The position numbers were made by a program, and so were the translations under genes. 64,000 nucleotides of DNA from Eledone cirrhosa (taxonomy: Eukaryota), in contig OZ024740.1 of NCBI GenBank assembly GCA_964016885.1, positions 316,820,001-316,884,000 on the forward strand, given 5' to 3'. Shown one piece after another: positions 63,915 to 64,000 of this stretch (within the stretch, counting starts at the first letter, position 1; every line of letters begins with the position of its first letter). A model generated the notes under the pieces. It did no database searches and was not told where the DNA came from. It saw nothing but the letters and a program-made list of their open reading frames with translations.

Positions 63915-64000
63915 CACAAATACATATACATACATACGGATGCAATTAATTTTCACTTCTAATACCTATATATATATATTTTGAGTATATGTTGGTTGTT

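Overview
AT-rich, intron- and repeat-rich animal genomic DNA, not prokaryotic. The SINE/LINE/microsatellite landscape looks like an octopus or other coleoid cephalopod (inference). Two housekeeping genes sit head-to-head. SF3B3 (minus strand) is represented by its first coding exon, 152-377, and runs off the left edge. COG4 (plus strand) is complete: 22 coding exons from 11504 to 50226 that I traced by hand, 2271 nt, 756 aa, all splice phases consistent, with a probable GC-AG first intron. Almost all ORFs in the supplied track are repeat or microsatellite artefacts. Introns and intergenic DNA hold RTE-clade LINE pieces (one 2.9 kb APE-RT copy), CRE-like and Penelope-like RT fragments, tRNA-derived SINEs, piggyBac-, mariner-, Tc2- and pogo-like MITEs, a non-autonomous Helitron and a 1.6 kb minisatellite. 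The most unusual signal is a set of long fold-back palindromes beside (TA)n tracts. Two of them (36763-37079 and 52953-53206) each carry a mirrored pair of type-I hammerhead-ribozyme-like motifs, probably Penelope/retrozyme-type termini, and one lies on the sense strand of COG4 intron 15. A possible orphan membrane-protein exon lies at 60020-60304 (minus). No database searches were run; homology calls rest on recalled family motifs.
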